Assembly (NCBI GenBank): GCA_014859605.1
Contig: JACUTW010000003.1
Coordinates: forward strand, 11,868 to 75,867
Reading direction: 5' to 3'
Length of the DNA stretch: 64,000 bases
Source: Desulfuromonadales bacterium
Lineage (GTDB): Bacteria > Desulfobacterota > Desulfuromonadia > Desulfuromonadales > UBA2197
The translations under genes were made by a program, and so were the position numbers. Within the stretch, counting starts at the first letter, position 1; the number at the start of each line of letters is the position of its first letter. Below, piece by piece: positions 12,256 through 20,935 of the stretch. The notes under the pieces are model-generated. The model was not told the DNA's origin and ran no database searches. It saw nothing but the letters and a program-made list of their open reading frames with translations.

Positions 12256-12330
12256 TGGCTGGGGCGCCAGGGATCGAACCTGGGAATGCCGGAATCAAAA
12301 TCCGGTGCCTTACCGCTTGGCGACGCCCCA
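12256..12330 (-). tRNA. tRNA-Gln (anticodon UUG), CCA encoded
   Basis: Cloverleaf read by hand: acceptor TGGGGCG/CGCCCCA, anticodon arm CCGGA-TTTTGAT-TCCGG, T arm with GGTTCGAT. Confidence 0.9.
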
Positions 12331-12346
12331 ATTAATTGAAATTTCT

Positions 12347-13204
12347 TTATTTATTCCCAACGGGTAATGGTTTTGTTGTGATTATACGCCAATTGCTGCT
12401 GCTACGAAGGGTTTCTGCCGCGGCGTGCGCTTGTGTCTCTTCAGCGAAAACACCGAAGAGGGTCGAGCCGCTTCCGGACATCAACGCCCCCCTGGCGCCA
12501 AGCTCGATGAGTTTCTCTTTGATTTCAGCAAGTAATGGATAGCGTTCGATCGTTATCCGTTCCAGATCATTTTCCAGAAGCGCGACAAGATCGTCCACGG
12601 TAGTAGGAAACCGGGGAAGTTTAGTCAGAATGGGGGGCGCTGTCAACCCCAAATTTTGATAAACCCACGCTGTCGAGATGAAGATTCCCGGGTTGACCAA
12701 AACATACCAGACCGGCGGCAGGGGGGGGACGGATGCGAGTTGGTCACCAATCCCGGTCGCCCAGGCTTTGTCGGCAAAGAGGAAGAAGGGGACATCGGCG
12801 CCGAGTTTGACCCCTTCGGCCATCAATTCCTCTTTTGTGAGTCGTAGGTTGAGGAGTTTGTTCAGCCCGAGCAGGGTGGTCGCAGCATTGGAGGAGCCGC
12901 CGCCAAGACCGGCCGCCACCGGAATTTTTTTGTCGATGACAATCCGCACCCCGACTTTTTTGTCGCTCAGGGCCAGCATTCGCCGCGCCGCTTTCGCTGC
13001 GATGTTTTCATCGCCAGTCGGAAGGTCAACCCCCGCACAGTCGACAAGTACCTCACCGGGGCGATCGGTGAGTTCCATCTCCAGAGTATCGCCAAAATCG
13101 AGGCTCTGCATCAACATCGCCAGCTCGTGGTAGCCATCATGGCGTTTGCCGAGAACATGCAGGCAGAGATTGATCTTGGCCGGGGAGAAGAGGGTTAAAG
13201 TCAT
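12347..13204 (-). CDS. ispE: 4-diphosphocytidyl-2-C-methyl-D-erythritol kinase
   Basis: LFSPAKINLCLHVLGKRHDGYHEL ... PVAAGLGGGSSNAA. Start at MTLTL (13204). Confidence 0.9.
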   Translation of the reverse strand: MTLTLFSPAKINLCLHVLGKRHDGYHELAMLMQSLDFGDTLEMELTDRPGEVLVDCAGVDLPTGDENIAAKAARRMLALSDKKVGVRIVIDKKIPVAAGLGGGSSNAATTLLGLNKLLNLRLTKEELMAEGVKLGADVPFFLFADKAWATGIGDQLASVPPLPPVWYVLVNPGIFISTAWVYQNLGLTAPPILTKLPRFPTTVDDLVALLENDLERITIERYPLLAEIKEKLIELGARGALMSGSGSTLFGVFAEETQAHAAAETLRSSSNWRIITTKPLPVGNK

Positions 13205-13761
13205 GCCGCGCTCCTGTTTTCGTGATTCAACCGGAAGGGTAAAGGGAGGAGGTTGGCGCTGAAAAGGAGAGCACATCCCAGCCATTCCCTGCGGCTTAGA
13301 TCTTCATGCAGAAAAAAGAGTCCAGCGAGGAGGCTCCAGACCGGGTCGAAGGTGTAAAGGAGTCCCGCCTGGGTCGGATTAATAAATCGTTGCCAGGTAT
13401 TTTGCAAAGTAAAAGCGATAACCGTCGGAAAGATGATGCAGTAAGAAAGGGAGATCGTCGTACCACTAATACCGATGACAAACATAATGTTCGCGGCGGC
13501 CAGAGCGGTGCCGATCAGTGCCCCGCGGGTCGTCACCACGAGGTTGAGTTTCTGCAGGCGTCTGCCGCAGAGCGCCGCCATCAGCAGGGCGGCACCGATA
13601 AAGCGCAGAGTCATGAAGGTGATCGGCGGAAAATCACGCAGGCCGATCTTGGTAACGAGAAAGCTTCCGCCCCAGAGGAGTGTGCAGAAGACGAGCAAGA
13701 AGACGGCTCGGCGCTGCAGGGTCGGGTCGAAGGTTAAGGGATGCGAATCGGTGGAGGTCAT
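13201..13761 (-). CDS. Short EamA/DMT-family membrane protein (186 aa)
   Basis: EamA-like TM segments (LLWGGSFLVTK; FDPVWSLLAGLFFLHEDLS). It is only about 60% of the usual 10-TM length. Its stop overlaps the ispE start (ATGA). Confidence 0.55.
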   Translation of the reverse strand: MTSTDSHPLTFDPTLQRRAVFLLVFCTLLWGGSFLVTKIGLRDFPPITFMTLRFIGAALLMAALCGRRLQKLNLVVTTRGALIGTALAAANIMFVIGISGTTISLSYCIIFPTVIAFTLQNTWQRFINPTQAGLLYTFDPVWSLLAGLFFLHEDLSRREWLGCALLFSANLLPLPFRLNHENRSAA

Positions 13762-13794
13762 TTAGCTTCCGTGATTTTTCGAGGATATTTTTGA

Positions 13795-13835
13795 CCCATT
13801 AACACCGCATTTTCTGAAAGTGCGGTGTTAATGGG
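13795..13835 (-). terminator. Strong hairpin, putative terminator after the RhuM gene
   Basis: Perfect 15-bp stem CCCATTAACACCGCA/TGCGGTGTTAATGGG with an 11-nt loop. The flanking U-tract is poor on the minus strand. Confidence 0.5.
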
Positions 13836-13854
13836 TTGTTTGATATAGATGTTG

Positions 13855-14877
13855 TCAGGGTTTTAACAGCTTGTCGAAGTCGCTCTCGAACAGTCGATCC
13901 TGGATAATGCGGTATTTCTCGAATTCGCTTTCGGCATGGGCCTTGGCTATCTCCGCCGTCACTTTCCCCGCATCCTGCAAAATTTCACGGTCTGTGGCTT
14001 CGATGAAACGGTTCAGCCGGGTTTCCCAATCCTGCATGGTCATCGGGATCTTGCGGTGCGCCATATCTTCCGCAACATCCAGATAGGCCGAAACCAGCCG
14101 CTGCAGTTGCGCCATTTCGTCTTCGTTAAGGTAGTTTTTGGCAACGGAGACATCGAATTTCTGGATTTTCCCTTGCGGCGCGTCCTTCCAGGTGGTCAGC
14201 CCCATCTTTTCTTTTCCGGCATCGGCACGGTTATAGATGAGTTCTGCCGCCGTCTGGCTATGGATGGCCCAGTGCAGTTTGTTCTGTACGGTGGAAAAAA
14301 AACGCTTGGTGGCCTGTGCCGTCAGGTCATAATCGATGGCGGTGGCGTAGATGTCGGTGATCTTCTGGTAGAACTTGCGCTCGGAGAGGCGAATCTCCCG
14401 GATTCGCTGGAGTTGCTCTTCAAAGTACTGGTCGGTGAGGATGGAACCGCCGCTTTTGATGCGCTCGTCATCCATGACGTAGGCTTTGATGGTGTACTCC
14501 TCGATTACGCCGGTGGCCCATTTGCGGAACTGCACGGCACGTTCGGAGTTGACCTTGTAGCCGACGGCGATAATAGCCGCGAGGTTGTAGTGCTTGGTGT
14601 TGTAGCTTTTGCCGTCGGCGGCAGTTATCCGAAAATTTCGGATAACTGAATCTTCCTGTAATTCGCTGTCGCTGAAGATCTTTTTCAAGTGATAGTTGAT
14701 GGTGCGCACGTCCACATCATAGAGCGTGGCCATCATCTTCTGGGTCAGCCAGATGCTTTCATCGGCGTAAACCGTTTCGACACCGCCGCTGCCGCTGGCG
14801 GCGACAAAAGTCAGGTATTCAGCGGCCGAGGAACGGACGATAGAGACTTCCTTGCCTGTTTTGCTCTTCCTGCTCAT
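13855..14877 (-). CDS. RhuM-family protein (virulence-protein RhuM / Fic-DOC associated family)
   Basis: The N-terminal region (IWLTQKMMATLYDVDVRTINYHLKKIF ... YNLAAIIAVGYKVNSERAVQFRKWAT) is the recognisable RhuM-family signature. GGGAGG RBS. Confidence 0.75.
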   Translation of the reverse strand: MSRKSKTGKEVSIVRSSAAEYLTFVAASGSGGVETVYADESIWLTQKMMATLYDVDVRTINYHLKKIFSDSELQEDSVIRNFRITAADGKSYNTKHYNLAAIIAVGYKVNSERAVQFRKWATGVIEEYTIKAYVMDDERIKSGGSILTDQYFEEQLQRIREIRLSERKFYQKITDIYATAIDYDLTAQATKRFFSTVQNKLHWAIHSQTAAELIYNRADAGKEKMGLTTWKDAPQGKIQKFDVSVAKNYLNEDEMAQLQRLVSAYLDVAEDMAHRKIPMTMQDWETRLNRFIEATDREILQDAGKVTAEIAKAHAESEFEKYRIIQDRLFESDFDKLLKP

Positions 14878-15207
14878 GCCTTGCCTCCCATACAGGCCAT
14901 CAACTCAAACTTGAGCGCCTGCTTGCGCCTATCCCTCATACAAACGATTGCAGGCGGCGCAATCGTTCCCGAACTTAAAGCAACATGGCTTGAGCCAATC
15001 GTTCATGACCTCGAACATACTCATCTCAGCAAGCCTTCGATTCGGCGTCGGACAGGGCGCGCTTGACGACGGCGAGAGAGACGCTGCTCTCAGCTCCTTG
15101 AGGGTGGGGAGGAGGCGGGTGAAGAGGTTCACAGCGCCCTCCAGGGGAGTCCATTTATTTTGTCTGGTGCAATCAATGGTAAGAGGGTGAGGTGGAGCGC
15201 ATACGGA

Positions 15208-16140
15208 TTAAACCTGCAAACTACCGATCACCTGGCGAATATCATCCAGCCCTTCCTCGATCAAAAACCGCTCCAGTCCGTCGATCACTGCCATCATCGC
15301 CGCCGGATCGATAAAGTTGGCGGTGCCGACCTGCACGGCTGTGGCACCGGCGATGAGGAACTCCAGCGCATCCTCGGCGCACATAATCCCGCCGATACCG
15401 ATGACCGGAATCTTCACCGCCTGCACCACCTGGTGGGTCATGCGCACTGCCACTGGTCTGATGGCCGGGCCGGAGAGGCCGCCGGTGCGGTTGGCGATCT
15501 TTGGCTGGCGGGTGCGGATGTCGATGGCCATGCCGGTGATGGTATTAATGCAGCTGATGGCGTCGGCGCCGGCTTCTTCCGCGGCGCGGGCGATAACCGT
15601 GATGTCGGTGACGTTGGGGGTGAGTTTGACGATCAGCGGCTTGTTCAGGGCTTTGCGGACCAGGGAAACAACTTGGCTGGCGGCCGCCGCTTCAGTGCCG
15701 AAGACGATCCCCCCCTGCTTGACGTTGGGGCAGGAGATATTGAGTTCGACCGCCGTCACTTCCGGGACGTCGTTGAGCTTGCGCGCTACTTCGCCATATT
15801 CTTCCAGGGTGTTGCCGAAGAAGTTGGCGATGATCGGGGTGGTGATGCCGCGGTAGTAAGGAACTTTACTCTGCACAAAGGCGTCGATGCCGACATTCTG
15901 CAGGCCGATGGCGTTGAGCATGCCGCTGGTGGTCTCGGCGATGCGCGGGGTCGGGTTGCCGGCCTTGGGATTGAGGGAGAGGCCCTTGGTGACGATGGCG
16001 CCGAGGCTGTTAAGGTCGAGAAAGGGTGCGTACTCCTCGCCGTAGCCGAAGGTGCCGGACGCGGGCATGACCGGATTTTTCAGTTTGATCCCGGCAATCT
16101 CGACAGCCAGATTCGGGCGTTTGTTGTTGACGTTTGTCAT
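15208..16140 (-). CDS. pyrD: Dihydroorotate dehydrogenase 1B, catalytic subunit
   Basis: LKNPVMPASGTFGYG ... NISCPNVK ... IGIGGI. ATG 16140 overlaps the pyrK stop. Confidence 0.95.
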   Translation of the reverse strand: MTNVNNKRPNLAVEIAGIKLKNPVMPASGTFGYGEEYAPFLDLNSLGAIVTKGLSLNPKAGNPTPRIAETTSGMLNAIGLQNVGIDAFVQSKVPYYRGITTPIIANFFGNTLEEYGEVARKLNDVPEVTAVELNISCPNVKQGGIVFGTEAAAASQVVSLVRKALNKPLIVKLTPNVTDITVIARAAEEAGADAISCINTITGMAIDIRTRQPKIANRTGGLSGPAIRPVAVRMTHQVVQAVKIPVIGIGGIMCAEDALEFLIAGATAVQVGTANFIDPAAMMAVIDGLERFLIEEGLDDIRQVIGSLQV

Positions 16141-17000
16141 TATGCGCATCCTTTCGTGCAACTCTCGCTCTGACTCTCCATCCGCCCCCAGTCGAGTTCG
16201 CCGGCTGAAAAGACCGGACCGGCCTTGCAGGTGCAGAGGTAGCGGGGATTGCTGTCGCTGTGGCCGACCCCCTTGACAACACAGCCGAGGCAGGCGCCGA
16301 CACCGCAGGCCATATGCGCTTCGAGCGAGACCTGCAGGGGGACATGATCGACCGAGCAGATATGCGCCACTGCCGCCAGCATCGGCATCGGGCCGCAGGC
16401 AAAGACTTCCGCTTGCGGGTATTTATCGAGTTTGCGCTTGAGAACATTGGTAACAAATCCGGCTTCGCCGAGGCTGCCGTCATCGGTGGAGACGTAGGTC
16501 TCGACCCCGAGGCGCTCGAATTCGGTGACGCAGAGGATGTCGTCGCGGGTGCGGCCGCCGATGAGGACGCGGACCTTGCCGCCGCGCTCGATCAGGGTCT
16601 CGGCTAACAGATAAAGGGGGACAAGGCCGATGCCGCCACCGACCAGGATCTTCTCGGTTCCGATCGCTCCGAGATCGAAGCCGCGCCCCAGGGGGCCGAG
16701 GACTTCGGCGCGGTCGCCAGCGTGGAGTTCGCTCAAAAAGGTCGTCCCCTTGCCGACGACTTTGTAGAGGATCTCCAGATATTCCCGTTCCGGCAGGCCG
16801 TCACACTCGGCAGGGAGGAAGCCGCAGCGCAGGATGCCGAAGGGGCGGCGCAGCATGGTCGGTAGGCCGGTCTGCGGCCGGATCATGATGAACTGACCGG
16901 GCTGCGACTGGGCTTTGATGCCAGGAGCAAGGAGTTTCATGCGAAAATAACCGGGGGAAATCTCGTGATTGGCGAGGATGGTGGTGCTGTAATTCTTCAT
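16140..17000 (-). CDS. pyrK: Dihydroorotate dehydrogenase 1B, electron-transfer (FAD/2Fe-2S) subunit
   Basis: RRPFGI FAD motif; C-terminal cluster CGVGACLGCV ... C. Start at MKNYS (17000). Confidence 0.9.
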   Translation of the reverse strand: MKNYSTTILANHEISPGYFRMKLLAPGIKAQSQPGQFIMIRPQTGLPTMLRRPFGILRCGFLPAECDGLPEREYLEILYKVVGKGTTFLSELHAGDRAEVLGPLGRGFDLGAIGTEKILVGGGIGLVPLYLLAETLIERGGKVRVLIGGRTRDDILCVTEFERLGVETYVSTDDGSLGEAGFVTNVLKRKLDKYPQAEVFACGPMPMLAAVAHICSVDHVPLQVSLEAHMACGVGACLGCVVKGVGHSDSNPRYLCTCKAGPVFSAGELDWGRMESQSESCTKGCA

Positions 17001-17067
17001 AAGGGACTCCACGGGAAGATCAAAAAAGGTGGGGCGCACTATACGCAATTATATCGGCGCAAATCAA

Positions 17068-17517
17068 TCAGGATACGCTGCTGGCGAGGCGCAACTCCAT
17101 GAGCAGCGCATCTTCGCCATCGGGGTAGTAGCAGCGGCGGCTACCGCAATCTGTGAAGCCGAAGGCGCGGTAAAGATGAATGGCGCCGAGGTTGCCGACG
17201 CGGACTTCGAGGAGCGCTCGGCTGATCCCCTCGGCACGGGCGGTTGCAAGGACGGCGGCAAGCAGGCAGCGTCCGACTCCGTGGCGGCGATAACGCAGGG
17301 CGGTCGCGACGTTCTGGATCTCAACCTCGCCGCAGATTGTCCACCAGCACAGGAAACCGGCAATCTCTTCTTCCGCGACACAGACCCAGAGGCGAGAATG
17401 GGCGCTTGTCATTTCGTCGCGAAAGATCTCTTCCGACCAGGGATAAGCGTGACATTGGCGTTCGATCGTAAGAATGCGGGGGAGGTCATCGCGACAAAAA
17501 GGACGAATCGTTAACAT
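17068..17517 (-). CDS. rimI: GNAT acetyltransferase, RimI-like
   Basis: 149 aa with RRHGVGRCLL (acetyl-CoA loop) and AIHLYRAFGF. Confidence 0.75.
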   Translation of the reverse strand: MLTIRPFCRDDLPRILTIERQCHAYPWSEEIFRDEMTSAHSRLWVCVAEEEIAGFLCWWTICGEVEIQNVATALRYRRHGVGRCLLAAVLATARAEGISRALLEVRVGNLGAIHLYRAFGFTDCGSRRCYYPDGEDALLMELRLASSVS

Positions 17518-17642
17518 GGTTATTTATATTATCTTTCGTAACAAGGATTGTTTTGCATCATAAGGGGGCGTGCTTTTTAGAGTAAAGGAGTTTTTTCATC
17601 CTTAAGCTGCCTCTTGTCGGCTTTTTACCCTTTCCTTTGCCG

Positions 17643-17672
17643 TTGACAAGAGGAATACGCCTGATTTATTAA
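17643..17672 (+). promoter_or_regulatory. Candidate sigma70 promoter for purMN
   Basis: TTGACA (17643-17648), 18-nt spacer, TATTAA (17667-17672). Confidence 0.35.
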
Positions 17673-17705
17673 TGACAGTCTTAAATCCCTGTAAGGAGCC
17701 CCCCT

Positions 17706-18755
17706 TTGTCTCAGAAAGATTCCGTGACCTATAAAGATGCCGGCGTTGATATTGATGCCGGTAACCGCTTTGTGCAGATGATCAAACCGTTGGTCAAGGC
17801 GACCAATCGACCGGAGGTCATGGGCGACCTCGGCGGCTTTGGCGGTCTCTTCTCTTTGAACGCCGCCAAATACAAGCAGCCGGCCCTGGTCTCTTCGACC
17901 GATGGCGTCGGTACCAAGCTCAAGATTGCCTTTATGATGGACAAGCATGACACGGTCGGCATCGATCTAGTGGCGATGTGCGTCAACGATGTTATCGTCC
18001 AGGGCGCCGAACCCCTCTTCTTCCTTGACTATCTGGCGACCGGCAAACTCTCGCCGGAGAAAGCGGTGGAGATTGTCCGCGGCATCTCTGAGGGGTGTAT
18101 CCAGGCCGGCTGCGCTCTGGTCGGCGGGGAGACCGCCGAGATGCCGGGGATGTACAGCGAAGGCGAGTACGATCTCGCCGGTTTCACTGTCGGCGTTGTC
18201 GATCGGGAAAATATCATCGACGGTTCGACGGCCACGGTTGGCGACAAGATTATCGGCCTCGCCTCCACCGGCCTCCATTCCAACGGTTATTCGCTGGCGC
18301 GCAAGATCCTCTTCGAGCGCATGGGCTTGAGGATCGACAGCACGGTGAGCGGACTGGAGCGGAGCATCGGTGAAGAACTCCTCACCCCGACCCGCATCTA
18401 TGTCAAGAGCCTCCTCAATCTCCTTAAAAGCTTTTCGATCAAGGGGATGGCGCACATCACCGGCGGCGGTTTGGTCGAGAATGTTCCGCGCGTCCTGCCC
18501 CATAACTGCCGGGCGGTCTTTCACAAAGCCAGTTGGCCAAAGCTGCCGATCTTTGAGATCTTGCGGGAAGGGGGAAATATCCCCGAACTGGAGATGTATC
18601 GCACCTTCAACTACGGTATTGGCATGATCCTGATTGTTCCGGCCGTTGAAGTTGAAGATATTATGTCGCGTTTAACCGGTCTGGGTGAGCAGCCTTATCT
18701 GATCGGCGAGATCGTCAAGTGTCCCGAAGGGGGCGAGCAGGTCGAGCTCGTTTAA
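17706..18755 (+). CDS. purM: Phosphoribosylformylglycinamidine cyclo-ligase (AIR synthetase)
   Basis: [13 protein letters not shown] ... DGVGTK ... [12 protein letters not shown] start with AAGGAG 7 nt upstream. Confidence 0.95.
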   Translation: MSQKDSVTYKDAGVDIDAGNRFVQMIKPLVKATNRPEVMGDLGGFGGLFSLNAAKYKQPALVSSTDGVGTKLKIAFMMDKHDTVGIDLVAMCVNDVIVQGAEPLFFLDYLATGKLSPEKAVEIVRGISEGCIQAGCALVGGETAEMPGMYSEGEYDLAGFTVGVVDRENIIDGSTATVGDKIIGLASTGLHSNGYSLARKILFERMGLRIDSTVSGLERSIGEELLTPTRIYVKSLLNLLKSFSIKGMAHITGGGLVENVPRVLPHNCRAVFHKASWPKLPIFEILREGGNIPELEMYRTFNYGIGMILIVPAVEVEDIMSRLTGLGEQPYLIGEIVKCPEGGEQVELV

Positions 18756-18765
18756 GGAGTCGCTC

Positions 18766-19428
18766 ATGTCGGAACCACATAAGTTGCGCCTTGGCGTCCT
18801 CGCCTCGGGGAGTGGCTCGAACCTTCAGTCGATTATCGATCGCTGCGCTGATGGCAGCATCGATGCCGAGATTGTCCTGGTTCTTTCCAATGTCCCTGGC
18901 GCCGGCGCTCTTGATCGGGCGAAGAAGGCGGGGATTGCAACCGCACTCATCGACCATCGGACCTTTACCGAACGCGCCGACTTCGACCGGGCTATCGTCG
19001 CGACCTTGCAGGCTTCCGGGGTCGAGCTCGTCGTCCTGGCCGGTTTCATGCGCCTTATTACCGCTCCCTTTATAGACGCTTTTCCGGAACGGATTATTAA
19101 TATTCATCCGGCGCTGTTGCCGGCCTTTCCGGGACTGCATGTGCAGAAGAAGGCGATAGAAGCAGGTGCCCGTTTTGCCGGTTGTACGGTGCATTTTGTC
19201 GATGGCGGTGTCGATACCGGTCCGATCATTATTCAGGCGGTAGTGCCGATTCTCGACGACGATGACGAAGCCAGTCTATCGGCGCGCATTCTGGTGCAGG
19301 AACATCGTATTTATCCCCGCGCCATTCAGTTGATCGCTGCAGGCCGCTTGCGCATTGAAGGCCGGCGGGTTCGGATTGCGGCTGCCGCCGTTGTTGATGG
19401 TGTTATGGTGAATCCCCCGTTGCACTGA
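18766..19428 (+). CDS. purN: Phosphoribosylglycinamide formyltransferase
   Basis: LGVLASGSGSNLQ ... NIHPALLPAF ... GCTVHFV. Confidence 0.95.
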   Translation: MSEPHKLRLGVLASGSGSNLQSIIDRCADGSIDAEIVLVLSNVPGAGALDRAKKAGIATALIDHRTFTERADFDRAIVATLQASGVELVVLAGFMRLITAPFIDAFPERIINIHPALLPAFPGLHVQKKAIEAGARFAGCTVHFVDGGVDTGPIIIQAVVPILDDDDEASLSARILVQEHRIYPRAIQLIAAGRLRIEGRRVRIAAAAVVDGVMVNPPLH

Positions 19429-19443
19429 ATCCGATATTTTATG

Positions 19444-19495
19444 AAAAAAAGCAGCAAAAATGGCGAACCCGCGGGTTCGCCATTTTTGCTGCTTT
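19444..19495. terminator. Bidirectional terminator
   Basis: A7 - about 20-bp stem GCAGCAAAAATGGCGAACCC/GGGTTCGCCATTTTTGCTGC - TTT, between convergent genes. Confidence 0.85.
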
Positions 19496-19509
19496 GCAGA
19501 AGTGTCGAT

Positions 19510-20613
19510 TTATTGCAGGACGTAGAACTTACCGTCATCCGCGCCAAAGAGAACCTTCTTGCCGGCCACAATCGGCGATGAGCGAACCCAGCCGCCAGCC
19601 TTGAAGTCCCAGAGTTTGTTGCCGGTCTTGAGATCGACGGCATAAAGGTGGCTGTCGCGACTGCCAAAGTAGACGGTCTCTCCCCCTACAGCCGGCGATC
19701 CATTGACCATGCCGCGAGTCGGGTGCTGCCATTTGAGGGCGCCACTGGCAGCATCGAGAGCATAGACCTTCCCATCGTCACAACCAAAGATAACCAGGCC
19801 GCCGGCAAGAGCTGCCGCAGAGGCGACTTCATTGCCGGTGCGGAACTGCCACTTGAGCGTTCCGGCCTGCATGTCGACAGCATAAAATTTACGATCACGG
19901 CTGCCGATATAGACAACGCCGTCGCCGACCGTCGGACTGGCAACGATTTCGCCGCCGGTGGAAAGACTCCAGCGCGGTTTGCCACTGGCGATATCGACGG
20001 CATGGAGCACTCCGCGCACCGTCGTGATAAAGAGCGTTTTGTTGCCGACGGACGCAGCGGCGCCGATGGGGCCACTGAATTCAGCCGTCCAGATCATTGT
20101 CCCCTTTTTGGCGTCCACAGCATAGAGATTGCCGTTCATCGCGCCGATATAGGCAACGTTATCGACGATCAGCGGGGTGGCGCGCAGTTCGGCGCCAACG
20201 GAGAACTTCCACTCTTCCTTGCCGGTGGTGCTGTCGATCGAGCGCAGCATTCCACCATTGTCGGCAATCAGAAGTGATTTTTTAAAGGGGGCAGGAGTGC
20301 CGAGGATGCTGGCGCCGGCGTCAAACTCCCATTTTTTCTGCCCGCCGGCAAAGTCATAAGCGTAAAGTTTGTGATCCATACTCCCGAAATAGACGGTGCT
20401 GTTTAGGGTAATTCCTGAACCGACAATTGCATAGCCGCTCGGCGCGACCCAGGCCGGGCCTTTCAGGGTGCGGGGACCTTCACTTTTAAAGAGACCGCTA
20501 TGGGCTGTGTCACCACGAAACATGGTGTTTTCAGGCTTGTTGCGGTCGCAGCCGGACAGGTTGATGAGCAGGGAGATGAGAAGCAGGGGGAGTGCAAAAA
20601 AAGATCTATTCAT
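19510..20613 (-). CDS. PQQ-like beta-propeller repeat lipoprotein (BamB-like fold)
   Basis: Lipobox LINLSGC. Repeated units of the form G.LYA.D..TGK..W. Confidence 0.7.
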   Translation of the reverse strand: MNRSFFALPLLLISLLINLSGCDRNKPENTMFRGDTAHSGLFKSEGPRTLKGPAWVAPSGYAIVGSGITLNSTVYFGSMDHKLYAYDFAGGQKKWEFDAGASILGTPAPFKKSLLIADNGGMLRSIDSTTGKEEWKFSVGAELRATPLIVDNVAYIGAMNGNLYAVDAKKGTMIWTAEFSGPIGAAASVGNKTLFITTVRGVLHAVDIASGKPRWSLSTGGEIVASPTVGDGVVYIGSRDRKFYAVDMQAGTLKWQFRTGNEVASAAALAGGLVIFGCDDGKVYALDAASGALKWQHPTRGMVNGSPAVGGETVYFGSRDSHLYAVDLKTGNKLWDFKAGGWVRSSPIVAGKKVLFGADDGKFYVLQ

Positions 20614-20745
20614 TGCTATCGATGGCTCCTTTATAACAACATTGGCGGCCGTGGAAAATAATCCCTGATATTAATGATTTGTTTGCCGGCAGTCCAGTCC
20701 TACTTCACGTATCGATTAAAATAATTGCTTTCCACGAAAAAGATA

Positions 20746-20774
20746 TTGACAGAGAATGGCCCCTTTGGTATAAA
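20746..20774 (+). promoter_or_regulatory. Sigma70 promoter of tRNA-Ala
   Basis: TTGACA (20746-20751), 17-nt spacer, TATAAA (20769-20774). AT-rich UP-like tract upstream. The tRNA starts 18 nt downstream. Confidence 0.7.
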
Positions 20775-20791
20775 CCGCCACACCAATTAGC

Positions 20792-20867
<76 letters not shown>

Positions 20868-20868
20868 G

Positions 20869-20913
20869 TAAAAAGAAAAGGGTCAGGCATTTTTGCCTGG
20901 CCCTTTTCTTTTT
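20869..20913 (+). terminator. Rho-independent terminator after tRNA-Ala
   Basis: Long stem AAAAGAAAAGGGTCAGGCA/TGCCTGGCCCTTTTCTTTT followed by a T-run. Confidence 0.85.
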
Positions 20914-20935
20914 CGAGTGGAATCAGGGAGGATAT

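Noticed and set aside
12149-12331. N-terminal extension of the prs ORF (the track gives 373 aa).
   Set aside because: The extension runs straight through the tRNA-Gln gene. The conserved Prs N-terminus starts at MNKLKIF (12148).
14929-15132. 67-codon ORF upstream of the RhuM gene, with a Cys-rich end (MSMFEVMNDWLKPCCFKFGNDCAACNRLYEG).
   Set aside because: It has no RBS for the long form and no family recognised. Part of the Cys-rich peptide is simply the translation of a DNA hairpin. I treat it as non-coding or a decayed remnant and discuss it in the RhuM finding.
15160-16173. Long ORFs (300-520 aa) antisense to confirmed genes. Examples: 15160-16173 opposite pyrD; 21891-23459 opposite tatD-rSAM/metG; 34461-35396 opposite era; 38280-39317 and 39405-40598 opposite cheA; 49845-50906 and 51177-52334 opposite leuS; 54904-56094 opposite the NTase fusion.
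   Set aside because: Their translations are low-complexity (Arg/Gly/Asp/His-rich) with no recognisable motifs. Each is the mirror of a gene with strong family signatures. They are the typical stop-codon-poor shadow frames of GC-rich DNA.
17518-17705. Looked for a purine/ZTP-type riboswitch or PurR box in the 190-nt rimI-purM divergent region.
   Set aside because: I could not see the conserved ZTP (pfl) or purine riboswitch core sequences. Only a 9-bp inverted repeat (CCTCTTGTC...GACAAGAGG) overlaps a candidate -35. This is not enough to call a regulatory RNA.
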